From positions 124,001 to 188,000 of the forward strand of contig JAUFOR010000003.1 in NCBI GenBank assembly GCA_040285745.1: 64,000 bases of DNA, given 5' to 3'. A program made the translations under genes and the position numbers. The notes under the pieces were generated by a model. It was not told where the DNA came from. It made no database searches and saw only the letters and a list, made by a program, of their open reading frames with translations. Position 1 is the first letter of the stretch. Each line of letters starts with the position of its first letter. This DNA comes from Barthelona sp. PCE (lineage: Eukaryota). This document shows positions 49,104 through 58,522 of the stretch, in pieces.

Positions 49104-50300
49104 CTAAAAGACAAGATAGGGTTGTGAACTGTGAATACTGCCACCCCTCATCTTATCCTTGAACATGTCCTGCTTCGAAGAAAACAACAGAACCCTGAAA
49201 AGCGTAACCATAATTGCTGTAACAGCGTTCTGAGCTGTGTATGTCCATGAACCACCTGTACCGAAAACACCGCCTGTTACAAAGATAGAATCCCTGCATC
49301 CGAGCGTGAAGGGGCTGATCTGGCCGAAAGGAAGGGCGTACCCCGCAAGAACAGACATGCCAAACCAGATGCTGAACATATCATCGAGGTAATGCAGTGT
49401 CCAGTTCAGTGGAAGATCGCCCGATGAACGGTAGAGGTACATCCAGATCGCTCCCTCACAAATAATGTTGAAAAGCACAAGGAGGTAAGAGTTGATGGAA
49501 GAGCTGGCATTGTTAACGTGACAAAGAGCATAAACAGCACCAGTGATGATGTACATAGTCCACCTACCGTGTTCAACTGTGGGCTTCATGGGCTCGAATC
49601 CATCCTGCGGTCTTTCTCCGTCGGCTGTCAAAAGTGGTGGGTGTTTCTCAGATTCGTTATCCTTCATAAATAGAGCATTAATAAATCCTCTCCAAGCTGT
49701 CTCTTCATCGATAGCATTGATAATAAAGCAGAACTGCTGCACAAAGAAGAACCAGAACATGTAACCGACGGTGGAATGGGAGTAGTCGATGTCGAAACGC
49801 TCTCCGAAACAATCTAAAAATGAATACATCATGGGTGTGACACAGTGTGTTGCCGTGACGATGGCAGTGACTACAAGGATCCTAATGACCCATTTGGAAA
49901 GTGAAAAACCAAATTTTTTGATTCCTAAATCCTTTGTATTGTGACCTGCTAAATGATTAAGTAAAAGGGTGAAAGAGATGTTTATGGCACTGAAAAGGCT
50001 GTGCCACCACATCTGGGGGATATCGAACGAAGCTGCATTGGTGAATGTCCTTCGAATTATGGCGGAAACCATTGAGAAAAAAACAATAACTGTGCTGAAA
50101 ATAGCGGTCCTCAAACACTTGAGGAGGACCGAGTATGGGTCATCTTTGTTGCCTTTACGGAAGAGAGACCTGAAAAGCCCATCAATGAGTAAAATGAGGA
50201 GAAAAGCAACAAATGCTGCAAGACATGCTGTGCTTGCCTTAGTGGCGAGGCGGATGAACGTTTGCTCCTGATCAGAGTCAATAGAAAAGAGAAAACGCAT
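49104..50300 (-). CDS. CPBP/Abi family intramembrane protease-like protein
   Basis: Multi-TM protein with EETAWRG (EExxxR), YALCH (FxxxH) and HYLDD (HxxxN/D). Confidence 0.8.
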   Translation of the reverse strand: MRFLFSIDSDQEQTFIRLATKASTACLAAFVAFLLILLIDGLFRSLFRKGNKDDPYSVLLKCLRTAIFSTVIVFFSMVSAIIRRTFTNAASFDIPQMWWHSLFSAINISFTLLLNHLAGHNTKDLGIKKFGFSLSKWVIRILVVTAIVTATHCVTPMMYSFLDCFGERFDIDYSHSTVGYMFWFFFVQQFCFIINAIDEETAWRGFINALFMKDNESEKHPPLLTADGERPQDGFEPMKPTVEHGRWTMYIITGAVYALCHVNNASSSINSYLLVLFNIICEGAIWMYLYRSSGDLPLNWTLHYLDDMFSIWFGMSVLAGYALPFGQISPFTLGCRDSIFVTGGVFGTGGSWTYTAQNAVTAIMVTLFRVLLFSSKQDMFKDKMRGGSIHSSQPYLVF

Positions 50301-50338
50301 GGGAAGAGAGTAATTAACAGAAATCCAGGGTGCTATGT

Positions 50339-52303
50339 TTATTCAGGGAAGGGTGGAGGTGTGCTGGCCAGCCCGGGACTAGTTGGTCGCCCAAACAGGC
50401 TCATCATGAGCTTATCACTTGCTAATTGTATTTCCTGTTTGTAGTTGTCAAATGCTGTGTCCAATACTTCTCCGAAGCCGTTCACACTTTCCAACAGCTC
50501 GCTAATAGCGTCTGCAGGCTGTCCGTCTGTAGATAGGTCCTTAATAAGGGAACTGAACTTGTTGTCATCATCCGAATCTAATTTCATGGATTTTCTCGAC
50601 ACCAACTGCCTTGCCTGTTTGATGAAGTTCTTCAACTTGGTCTTTTGCTGACGAGAAAGATTCTCAAAGTGATGTTCATCAATATCGTTCGTCATTATCA
50701 AGTCGTCGAGATCATTACTAAGCAAAATTCGGTAATCCTCGAAATAGCTGTTTGCCTTTGACTTCTCCTCCATCTCAAACTGTGACACGTGGTACGCATG
50801 CTCACAGATGACAATAAAAATATTCAACACCGCGTATATAAACAAAATTACAAACGTATATCCGAATATCCTTGAAGCAGTCGGACTCACCGCATACATC
50901 TCGTCGAATATATCCCTCATCTGATCACCGTTCATCATACAGAACAGGGTGATAATGGACTGAACATAGGAACCGAACCATCGACTGCTCATAGACCCAA
51001 ATACCATGTAACCATAAGCAGCGTAACCGCCGTACACCGGGATAATGCTCACCATGAACTTGCTGAGCATTGGAGCTGCCTTCTTAAACGTGTTAATGAG
51101 CACGTAATACTTTGAGAAATATTCCAGATATCTTGTGAGGTTAAACCACGCCAGTAAACCACCTACACCGTTGAGGATCGACACAAACTGCGGCCTGGTC
51201 ACCGCGCCGATGATGATGTTGGCGTCAGCAACCGCACCGATGATGTTGAATATGTTACCGATAATCTGTATGATGAACCAAAAGTCTATAAAAGCAAAGG
51301 GGTGGATAATCTTTGCCTGCTCGTGGAAGTCCTCGGGGAAGATTCCGTGGAATACAAGCTGTTCTTGACGTCTTTTGACACGTTTATGCAGACTATTTCC
51401 GCTAATTATTGCCTTAATACCCAGAACGATTGACATGAATGAGATCAAAATAATGAGGGCGTCCGTCGTGAATCTCAGTGGGAAAAAGGTGATACCCCAT
51501 CGCCAATCTACATTTTCCGGTGGCTTGAATCCTACTTCGCTTTCTAACGTATATAAAACTACACCATGACCTTGTAAAACATCGTAATCACCCAAGAAGT
51601 CCCACACGTACTTGACTGCGCCGTGGTCCATGATGTCGAAACTAACTACACGGAGTTTCATCTGAAACCGATCAATGAGCGAGAACAACTCCTTAATCTG
51701 GTACCCCTCCAGGTCTATGAACGGGTTTCCGTAGCCCAGGCTATCGAGCTCGTGCGTGCTCTTAATGATCTCCTGATAAAGGCGCATGTTTGCATCAGTG
51801 ATATTTATATCCGCAGGGATGTGATCAACGGAAATGAATTGAAGAGATGGTTTCAGCATCTCGCACCCGTGCTCCAGGTACAGGCTCTCGTCCAGGAAGT
51901 AGGGACGGTCATATGTGCTGGGGCATGTCCAAGGGCGTTGAAAGATCGTCAATGACTCCCTTGGGAATTTGTAGTATTGCTCTGTTGTGTAATTAACCTG
52001 GTCTATAATGGTTTCTAGGTCGTGGAATCTGAATAACTGTTCTTTAACCCATTCATACTCAAACATATCATCCAATAAGAAATGTTGTTGCAGAACACGC
52101 TTTGTTTCACCAACATAAAGCGAATACTGGTTACATGGCTTCAAAATTAAGTATGCGCATAGCAATGCCACAATCAAATGCATGCAAAACTTCCAAGGAA
52201 ATTTTCCAAATATCTGCAACTTCTGGAAAGGACTGAACGTCAAACGCTCATAATCGGTCATCTTACGCTGAGCCGCGTGAACATCTGCAAATTCGTCAAA
52301 CAT
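50339..52303 (-). CDS. Mucolipin (TRPML) cation channel
   Basis: N-terminal SPFQK...GKFPWK, a large luminal loop, RYLEYF, pore motif LFCMMNGDQM and LNIFI. Confidence 0.9.
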   Translation of the reverse strand: MFDEFADVHAAQRKMTDYERLTFSPFQKLQIFGKFPWKFCMHLIVALLCAYLILKPCNQYSLYVGETKRVLQQHFLLDDMFEYEWVKEQLFRFHDLETIIDQVNYTTEQYYKFPRESLTIFQRPWTCPSTYDRPYFLDESLYLEHGCEMLKPSLQFISVDHIPADINITDANMRLYQEIIKSTHELDSLGYGNPFIDLEGYQIKELFSLIDRFQMKLRVVSFDIMDHGAVKYVWDFLGDYDVLQGHGVVLYTLESEVGFKPPENVDWRWGITFFPLRFTTDALIILISFMSIVLGIKAIISGNSLHKRVKRRQEQLVFHGIFPEDFHEQAKIIHPFAFIDFWFIIQIIGNIFNIIGAVADANIIIGAVTRPQFVSILNGVGGLLAWFNLTRYLEYFSKYYVLINTFKKAAPMLSKFMVSIIPVYGGYAAYGYMVFGSMSSRWFGSYVQSIITLFCMMNGDQMRDIFDEMYAVSPTASRIFGYTFVILFIYAVLNIFIVICEHAYHVSQFEMEEKSKANSYFEDYRILLSNDLDDLIMTNDIDEHHFENLSRQQKTKLKNFIKQARQLVSRKSMKLDSDDDNKFSSLIKDLSTDGQPADAISELLESVNGFGEVLDTAFDNYKQEIQLASDKLMMSLFGRPTSPGLASTPPPFPE

Positions 52304-52576
52304 TGTGAAAAGGGATTATAAAGTTATAACGCCATCATTGCCTGTAAAATGTTCTTGATCTTCCCAGGGTGTATAACAGTCGTTTACAATGCCTCTAAGC
52401 AACACAATTTCAAAAAAAACAATCTCATCTGAATATATGTAGTAAAAACGATTGCAAACAATAACCATAAAAAAATCGGACTTGGTGTGGCGCAAAAACT
52501 TCTTTCCGTCAGTGTGAAAGAAAAATTCTTTCGTTAACACTTATTCAACGCTTTTCACAAACACATTTTTCCCTAA

Positions 52577-53641
52577 ATGTTAATTTTGGGCCTCTTTCTT
52601 GATTGTCCCATCGATAAAACGGGAACTGAAGAACGTGTGAAACCAAATCTAGAGTTTTGCGCAGAACTAAGTGCAGACCTAGCTACAGAAGTTCATTTTT
52701 TGTTAAAAGTACCAAAAAAATTATCTGGGCGCCCAGCTTTTTCGCAGAACAAGCGAAAAAACCCCTGTACAGTAGATCACATTCTTGATTATGAGGGATT
52801 CCCATATCAAAGTATCAGTTTCTCCACCAGTCCAGCAAAATCTGGATCAATCGCTACAGAGCAGCTCGTTTTGCTAAAGAAAGATGACTTTTTCAACCGT
52901 ATAAACGTGGATGGAGATTTTTTTATTGATGAGCACACCCTCTGTGTGTATGGTCGGATTCTCGTTCTAAACACTGGAACCGGTTTCCACTGCGACGTGA
53001 ATGGCGTTTTTTTTGAGACAATTGGAGGTTTCATATGGTGCACAAATGTTTTTGAATTTGAGCACACCAATCATTTCGTGACAAAACAGACCCTGCTCAC
53101 TTTAAAGAGCAACATAGACAGCGTGAAGGTGACAAACGTCATCAGCGATGCAGAAATACACGTTGGTGAATATAACTCCTTCCCTATGATTTTGAACAAA
53201 AATGGTAGAATGAACGCTATTATCAATTCTCAGAGTATTAATGTGCTAACTGTATACTTTGAGAGAAATACATATTGCTTCCGGATGGCGTATTACATCT
53301 ATAACGAGCAGATTCATGGCATGAAGCTACTACTGCAAATACCGCAGACAGTCAAGTGTGGTACATATAACGAGTGTGTGGTGACGATAGCAAACAACCA
53401 GTCCGTTGACCTGAACCTGACAGCGTCTATCCTTGGGTACCCGCATGTCGTCTGCACGCTTGACTCAATCCCTATTGGAAAGATCCAACCTAACGAACAG
53501 AAAACTTTTACAATTACATTTGTCATAACTAAGGCAGGATGTTTTGAAGTACCACTGTTTGAATTATACGATGTTGACACGAAAGATGTATACACAACCA
53601 GCTCTGTTTTCCTGACAGCCATTACTACACTTGATTATTAA
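52577..53641 (+). CDS. Beta-sandwich protein, possibly TRAPPC13/14-like
   Basis: C-terminal VTIANN...IGKIQPNEQKTFTITF..KAG resembles TRAPP Ig-like domains. Family call is tentative. Confidence 0.45.
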   Translation: MLILGLFLDCPIDKTGTEERVKPNLEFCAELSADLATEVHFLLKVPKKLSGRPAFSQNKRKNPCTVDHILDYEGFPYQSISFSTSPAKSGSIATEQLVLLKKDDFFNRINVDGDFFIDEHTLCVYGRILVLNTGTGFHCDVNGVFFETIGGFIWCTNVFEFEHTNHFVTKQTLLTLKSNIDSVKVTNVISDAEIHVGEYNSFPMILNKNGRMNAIINSQSINVLTVYFERNTYCFRMAYYIYNEQIHGMKLLLQIPQTVKCGTYNECVVTIANNQSVDLNLTASILGYPHVVCTLDSIPIGKIQPNEQKTFTITFVITKAGCFEVPLFELYDVDTKDVYTTSSVFLTAITTLDY

Positions 53642-53659
53642 TGAAGATGATTAAAATGA

Positions 53660-54268
53660 TTAATTTTCAATCAGACTAACTAGCTCGGTAAGATCGCGAA
53701 TAACATGATCGCAGTGCTCAAAGAACTCTGCAGGATAGTTTTCATGCCTTTGGAATCCAACAGTGAGTGCTCCAGCGCGTTTCCCACACTCTACATCGAA
53801 TGTCCAATCACCAACAACAACGGTCTTCTTTGGGTCTACATCCAGGTTATCCATGATGTGCAGAATGTGTTGAGGGTGGGGCTTAACCTCCTGGCCGTAA
53901 TCACGAGAAGCCCAGCTGTCGAAAAACTTTTGTATATCAAACAACTCCATGGCTCTACACATGACCTTCTCATTGTTTCGAGTGAATAGGCCCAGTTTGA
54001 TACCCCTTGTAAACAATTCTTCTAGAACATAAATAGCATTATTAACCATACAAGCATTTTCAAGCCCACCAAGTTCCCAATTCTCAACATCATTCATAGC
54101 TGCTTCACGTTCAGGTAAGTCCATTCCCTCAATGGCTTCCAAAATCCCGTTCTTTGTGCAGACAGCGAACTTATCAAGTATGAGTTCGTGTAGTGACTTA
54201 TAGCATAATTTAGAGTCAACCAGTGTCTGGTCCATGTCAAATATGACAAGTTCGACCCCTGAGAACAT
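53660..54268 (-). CDS. HAD-superfamily phosphatase (phosphoglycolate phosphatase-like)
   Basis: FDMDQTLVDS, LFTRN, KPHP, VVGDWTFDVECGKRAG. Confidence 0.9.
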   Translation of the reverse strand: MFSGVELVIFDMDQTLVDSKLCYKSLHELILDKFAVCTKNGILEAIEGMDLPEREAAMNDVENWELGGLENACMVNNAIYVLEELFTRGIKLGLFTRNNEKVMCRAMELFDIQKFFDSWASRDYGQEVKPHPQHILHIMDNLDVDPKKTVVVGDWTFDVECGKRAGALTVGFQRHENYPAEFFEHCDHVIRDLTELVSLIEN

Positions 54269-54322
54269 TTTTAATTCTCAATTACAGCTGAAAGGAAAGA
54301 AAATATCAAATGCTAAAAACTT

Positions 54323-57300
54323 TTACTCTTCAATCAACGCCTTGAGTTTTTCCATGTGTTCTGGGATGAATTTCTCCAATGTGCTCCACTGGAACACATC
54401 AATAACAACCCTTGAAGTACTCTCATCCTCAACAACATTGCGCAAAATAGAAGCCATAAAAAAGCACAATTCACGATAAAAATCTGCAAATTCCTCTGCT
54501 TCCTCTTCTTCCTCCTCTAATCTATCCTCTAAAGCATCAATTTTTTCGTCAAAAGTTTGTAAGTCTTCTCCCAATATTGATAGAAGTGTTGTAGAAGGTT
54601 GATTCTTTGCTATCTGGAACGAATTTGTGAGGAAAAAGAAAAGACCGTGTTGCGTAAACTCATTGATGAGTTCAATAACATTCAGGAATAAAGTTTCGAA
54701 AACCGACTCACTCCTATTTCTGGCAAAAAGCAAAATACGGCTGCAAGTATGCAACAACACATGTTGTAACGAACTTGTGCTCTTTAATTGTTCTGAAATA
54801 GAAAACACCTCCAGTTCATTACCTCCACGACCGAAAAGCTTATCATCGCTATTCAATTTCATGCGATCAGCGATTCTTCGAGTAACAAACCTGTCAAACT
54901 TGAGAAATTGCGTCAGACACCGTATCATCTGCGAAAAATCAACAATAACACCCATCAATAACTTGAATGGGAGTTCCTCTGTTACAAAATGATTAATAAA
55001 GGGAAGTCCTAAACTCAGCAACATGAATGGAATATTAAACAAGTCCGTTTCATAGATGATCTTTAAGAAGCTGAGCTGGATGCCAAAGCTTAAGTACTCT
55101 GCGTTTGCTATAATGGTGCTTATGAAATCAATGAACTCATGCACCATCTCGTTGGTGGAATTACTGAGCCCAAAGTCCTGAACAGCGCCGAACCGTGCTG
55201 CAACCTTGTGGAGAACACCTGCCAGCTGCACCATCGACGTGAGGTCGTGGTACTCCTGGATTGTCGTGTCGTATCGCGATGAGGCCAGCCTCTTCTGAGC
55301 CTCGGTCTCCTCTTCCTCATTCTTCGGCTTATCCACGCTCATCTGCATCAGCAATCCTTCCTCGATCTTGCACGCCTCTTCTTCCTCGACGTCCTCGCGT
55401 AGATCAAACATAAACTCTGTAGTCTCCCGTATAATATCTGTCAAAAGCTTGATAACGTGCGGGATGAGCTCGTGCTCGATGCAGCCTGTTCGGCCACCCT
55501 TGTTGTTGTTGGGGACAATATCCAATGTATCTCCGAGCAAACAATGCTTTGAGCCTCCAAAACATGGTGTACCAGGCAACAAACGACTCAAAAGAGATAT
55601 AATGTGCACATACCCGCCTGTACGCATGATGAAATCAACAATCCTACGATGCTTCAGCATATCGCTCATAACGTGGCATAGTATAACAAGAGACCTTGTT
55701 GTGTTATTCTGCGCATTGAAACCGCGACATAGTGCCTCTGGAAGGAAGACATGCAGGACAGCCTCCTCGTGCTCTGCCCTGAAAAACTTCCGCAGCGTCA
55801 GCAGTGATCGCTCGTACTGGACAATGTTTGTGATGATTCCCTGCGCGTCTGAAGCGAACATCTGCTCCAATATCTCGTTGATAGGGCGTCGCATACGCTT
55901 GGGCATCGAATTTAATGTGCTCGATATACACTGTGCTTGCGTAGCATACATTGTCTTCACAATTACATAACTCTCCTTGAACTGTCGTGATCTCGCGTAT
56001 ATCTTGGTTCGTATGCGCTTATACTTGCGTTTCAGTCCCTTCATGCGATCTGGGTCTACGTGGGCAGTATTGGGCTGGTAACCACGACCAAACACCAGCT
56101 CAGATGACACGTCGTTGGCGCTCAACGTGTAGCTTCTCACATTCTCCAGATGGGAGCGTGTTTGCACATGCGCCATGAGATCCGCTTCTGTCTTTAACAC
56201 AACGTTACATATCTTGCACAGACGTATGTTCCTGCGTTTCTTCGCGGCATTCACCTTCACTGTTTCTGCACTTGCCTTTTCCGCAATGCTCTCCAGTCGA
56301 GACCTGCGTCGCTTCTCGGAATCGCTGAGACGATGATTCAACTCCTTCAGACCCTTCCTCTGCTTCTCCAAATCCGCCAACTTTAACAACTGGACGCGGT
56401 TCTGCACCTCGCGAGTCTGATCTCGCGCGCGCTCGCTGACCGTTGTCAGATGCTGATTCTTTTTCTGTTCTGCAGTCGTCAGTTTATGATCAATCTCCGC
56501 CTTTCGGTTTTGTCTTTCGATCTCCTGCATCAGACGGACCTCGTCCACTCGCCTGAGCTGCTTCTGCGCCTGCTCCTTGATTTTTTTATGCTTCTCCTCA
56601 CGCCTCTTCTCTGCCAGCTTGATCTTCTCGTTGAAATCTAACCTTTTCACTGGTGTGATCTGCGGTGACACTGCGGTCTTGATTGGGCTCTTGTTGAGCT
56701 CATCAACGTTCTCCTCAATGATCCACATGACTCCACCCTTACCCTTTTCCTCCTCTCGTGAAGCGTTAAAGCTGTCCAGAAAGCTGTCGTTAATACTGTC
56801 CTCAAAATCACTCAAAACATCAATGCTACTCGCTATACTCTCCGTGTCATCAATATGGTCAACCACAGGTTCGATCACGAGCTCCTCGGAATACTCAATA
56901 GCTGTTGTAAATATATCACTAATTGCTAACTTCTCCAACAAAATTTGTATATGGGGTTTAATTCTTTCACGGACGACTTCAATTTTATCTTCATCATCTG
57001 GAAGTGTAAAGTCCTGAGAAAACTCTTCTAAAGCGGAAATCAAATCCGAAACATAATCTTTCCCTGATGTTACGTTAATATCCAAATTTATCTCTTGCAT
57101 GTTAACCTGTGTTTCACTCAGCTTCGATGGAGACCGCTGTATGATCTTTATGTCACCAGTTGGTGCTGCTGATGGATCAAAAAAGTATCCCGAATCTGTA
57201 CTATTAAATATCGAAAAACTATCAAATAATGGTGGTGCGGTAAGCGGTGAATTGTCTGGGAAGCTGTCAATCGATGGTGTCAGGATACCTGAGGGTACCC

Positions 57301-57415
57301 TTGCCTTCATTCCGAGACCTGGAGGAGGAAAAAAATCGCTTGGAAAGCTGGGAATACCTCCATTAGCTGTTGGTGGAAGGAATGTGTTGTTATTGTGTGC
57401 CCCGCCAAAGTCCAT
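54323..57415 (-). CDS. SCAPER-like coiled-coil and C2H2 zinc-finger protein
   Basis: Charged coiled coil, then CKICNV...MAHVQTRSH and RMKGLKRKYKRIRTKI in the SCAPER order, then a helical C-terminus. Confidence 0.65.
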   Translation of the reverse strand: MDFGGAHNNNTFLPPTANGGIPSFPSDFFPPPGLGMKARVPSGILTPSIDSFPDNSPLTAPPLFDSFSIFNSTDSGYFFDPSAAPTGDIKIIQRSPSKLSETQVNMQEINLDINVTSGKDYVSDLISALEEFSQDFTLPDDEDKIEVVRERIKPHIQILLEKLAISDIFTTAIEYSEELVIEPVVDHIDDTESIASSIDVLSDFEDSINDSFLDSFNASREEEKGKGGVMWIIEENVDELNKSPIKTAVSPQITPVKRLDFNEKIKLAEKRREEKHKKIKEQAQKQLRRVDEVRLMQEIERQNRKAEIDHKLTTAEQKKNQHLTTVSERARDQTREVQNRVQLLKLADLEKQRKGLKELNHRLSDSEKRRRSRLESIAEKASAETVKVNAAKKRRNIRLCKICNVVLKTEADLMAHVQTRSHLENVRSYTLSANDVSSELVFGRGYQPNTAHVDPDRMKGLKRKYKRIRTKIYARSRQFKESYVIVKTMYATQAQCISSTLNSMPKRMRRPINEILEQMFASDAQGIITNIVQYERSLLTLRKFFRAEHEEAVLHVFLPEALCRGFNAQNNTTRSLVILCHVMSDMLKHRRIVDFIMRTGGYVHIISLLSRLLPGTPCFGGSKHCLLGDTLDIVPNNNKGGRTGCIEHELIPHVIKLLTDIIRETTEFMFDLREDVEEEEACKIEEGLLMQMSVDKPKNEEEETEAQKRLASSRYDTTIQEYHDLTSMVQLAGVLHKVAARFGAVQDFGLSNSTNEMVHEFIDFISTIIANAEYLSFGIQLSFLKIIYETDLFNIPFMLLSLGLPFINHFVTEELPFKLLMGVIVDFSQMIRCLTQFLKFDRFVTRRIADRMKLNSDDKLFGRGGNELEVFSISEQLKSTSSLQHVLLHTCSRILLFARNRSESVFETLFLNVIELINEFTQHGLFFFLTNSFQIAKNQPSTTLLSILGEDLQTFDEKIDALEDRLEEEEEEAEEFADFYRELCFFMASILRNVVEDESTSRVVIDVFQWSTLEKFIPEHMEKLKALIEE

Positions 57416-57496
57416 AAACTTTTGATGCGCTTATGAAAGAGAAAAGAAAGAAATGCTAATACAAAAAAAATCGAAATCCATCATCAATTTACATTT

Positions 57497-58150
57497 TTAA
57501 ACAAAGTGATATCCAGAATCTGTATCTGAAAAAGCTTCTGTACGCGTAATACGTACTGGATTACTATTACAACGAGGTCTCCTTCGTGGCATTGATACGT
57601 TAGGTACCCTGTTACCAACATCCATCGAAACCTGTGCTTCCTCATATTCCAATAGCCCAGGACTGCTTCTAATGTTATCATTTATATGCTGTTCTATTAC
57701 ATCAAAATCATCTTCATACCCTAAATTATTGTTTGAAACATATAAGTCGGCAGAGACAAGATCATTGTTTTGAACAACATACTGGTGAACACCACAATAT
57801 GTGACACTCCCCCCACTACCTATTTCTGATGATAATGAATGTTCTGATGATGATGATGATAATGTTTCATTGCAACTTCCATTCTGTGTGGGTAAATTCC
57901 TTAAAATATTAACGTTGTGATGGTTGCCTTCCACATTTGTGGGATAGAATCCTGCTAACTGCATTTGTAAACTGTTGTTTTCTCTGACTAACTCTTCTAT
58001 CTCCTGTCTTGAGTTCTTTGCTATTGTCTTAAGTGTCATTATGTCCCTATCTTTGCTCTCTATAACATCAGATTGTTCTTCTAGCTTATACATAAGCTCT
58101 TCAATCTTTCTTTCAAGCATTTCAGTATCATTTTGTTCAACCCTAGGCAT
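57497..58150 (-). CDS. Coiled-coil/low-complexity protein; probable paralogue of 17639-18337
   Basis: ATG at 58150 gives MPRVEQNDTEMLERKIEEL. Both termini align with the 232-aa protein. Confidence 0.65.
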   Translation of the reverse strand: MPRVEQNDTEMLERKIEELMYKLEEQSDVIESKDRDIMTLKTIAKNSRQEIEELVRENNSLQMQLAGFYPTNVEGNHHNVNILRNLPTQNGSCNETLSSSSSEHSLSSEIGSGGSVTYCGVHQYVVQNNDLVSADLYVSNNNLGYEDDFDVIEQHINDNIRSSPGLLEYEEAQVSMDVGNRVPNVSMPRRRPRCNSNPVRITRTEAFSDTDSGYHFV

Positions 58151-58522
58151 GTCCTCGTCCAAGCTTACCTAAAGTTGGTGAAATGGAATGAATGTTAGAA
58201 AACAGGTTAAAGAACAACTTTGATAATATTCCAGCCAATTATTGTGGCAAATGCTTACAAAAAACATATGTTCAAAGATGCTTAACACCAGAAAAAGCAA
58301 CAACCGTAACCAAAAATGGGTTTTTCACAATTAGTTGCGTTACACAGCATTCTTTGTGTCAAACGTGTTTGTAGTTCCAATGGAAACATTAGTGAGGACT
58401 AAAAACAGACAAAAACATGCTTCACATTTTCTGTCATAATTAAAGACGGTAAATCGTTTTGTACATATAGTTTCCGGATTATATCCCATCCAAGCATTCC
58501 TAAACACTTTATATAAACTAAA

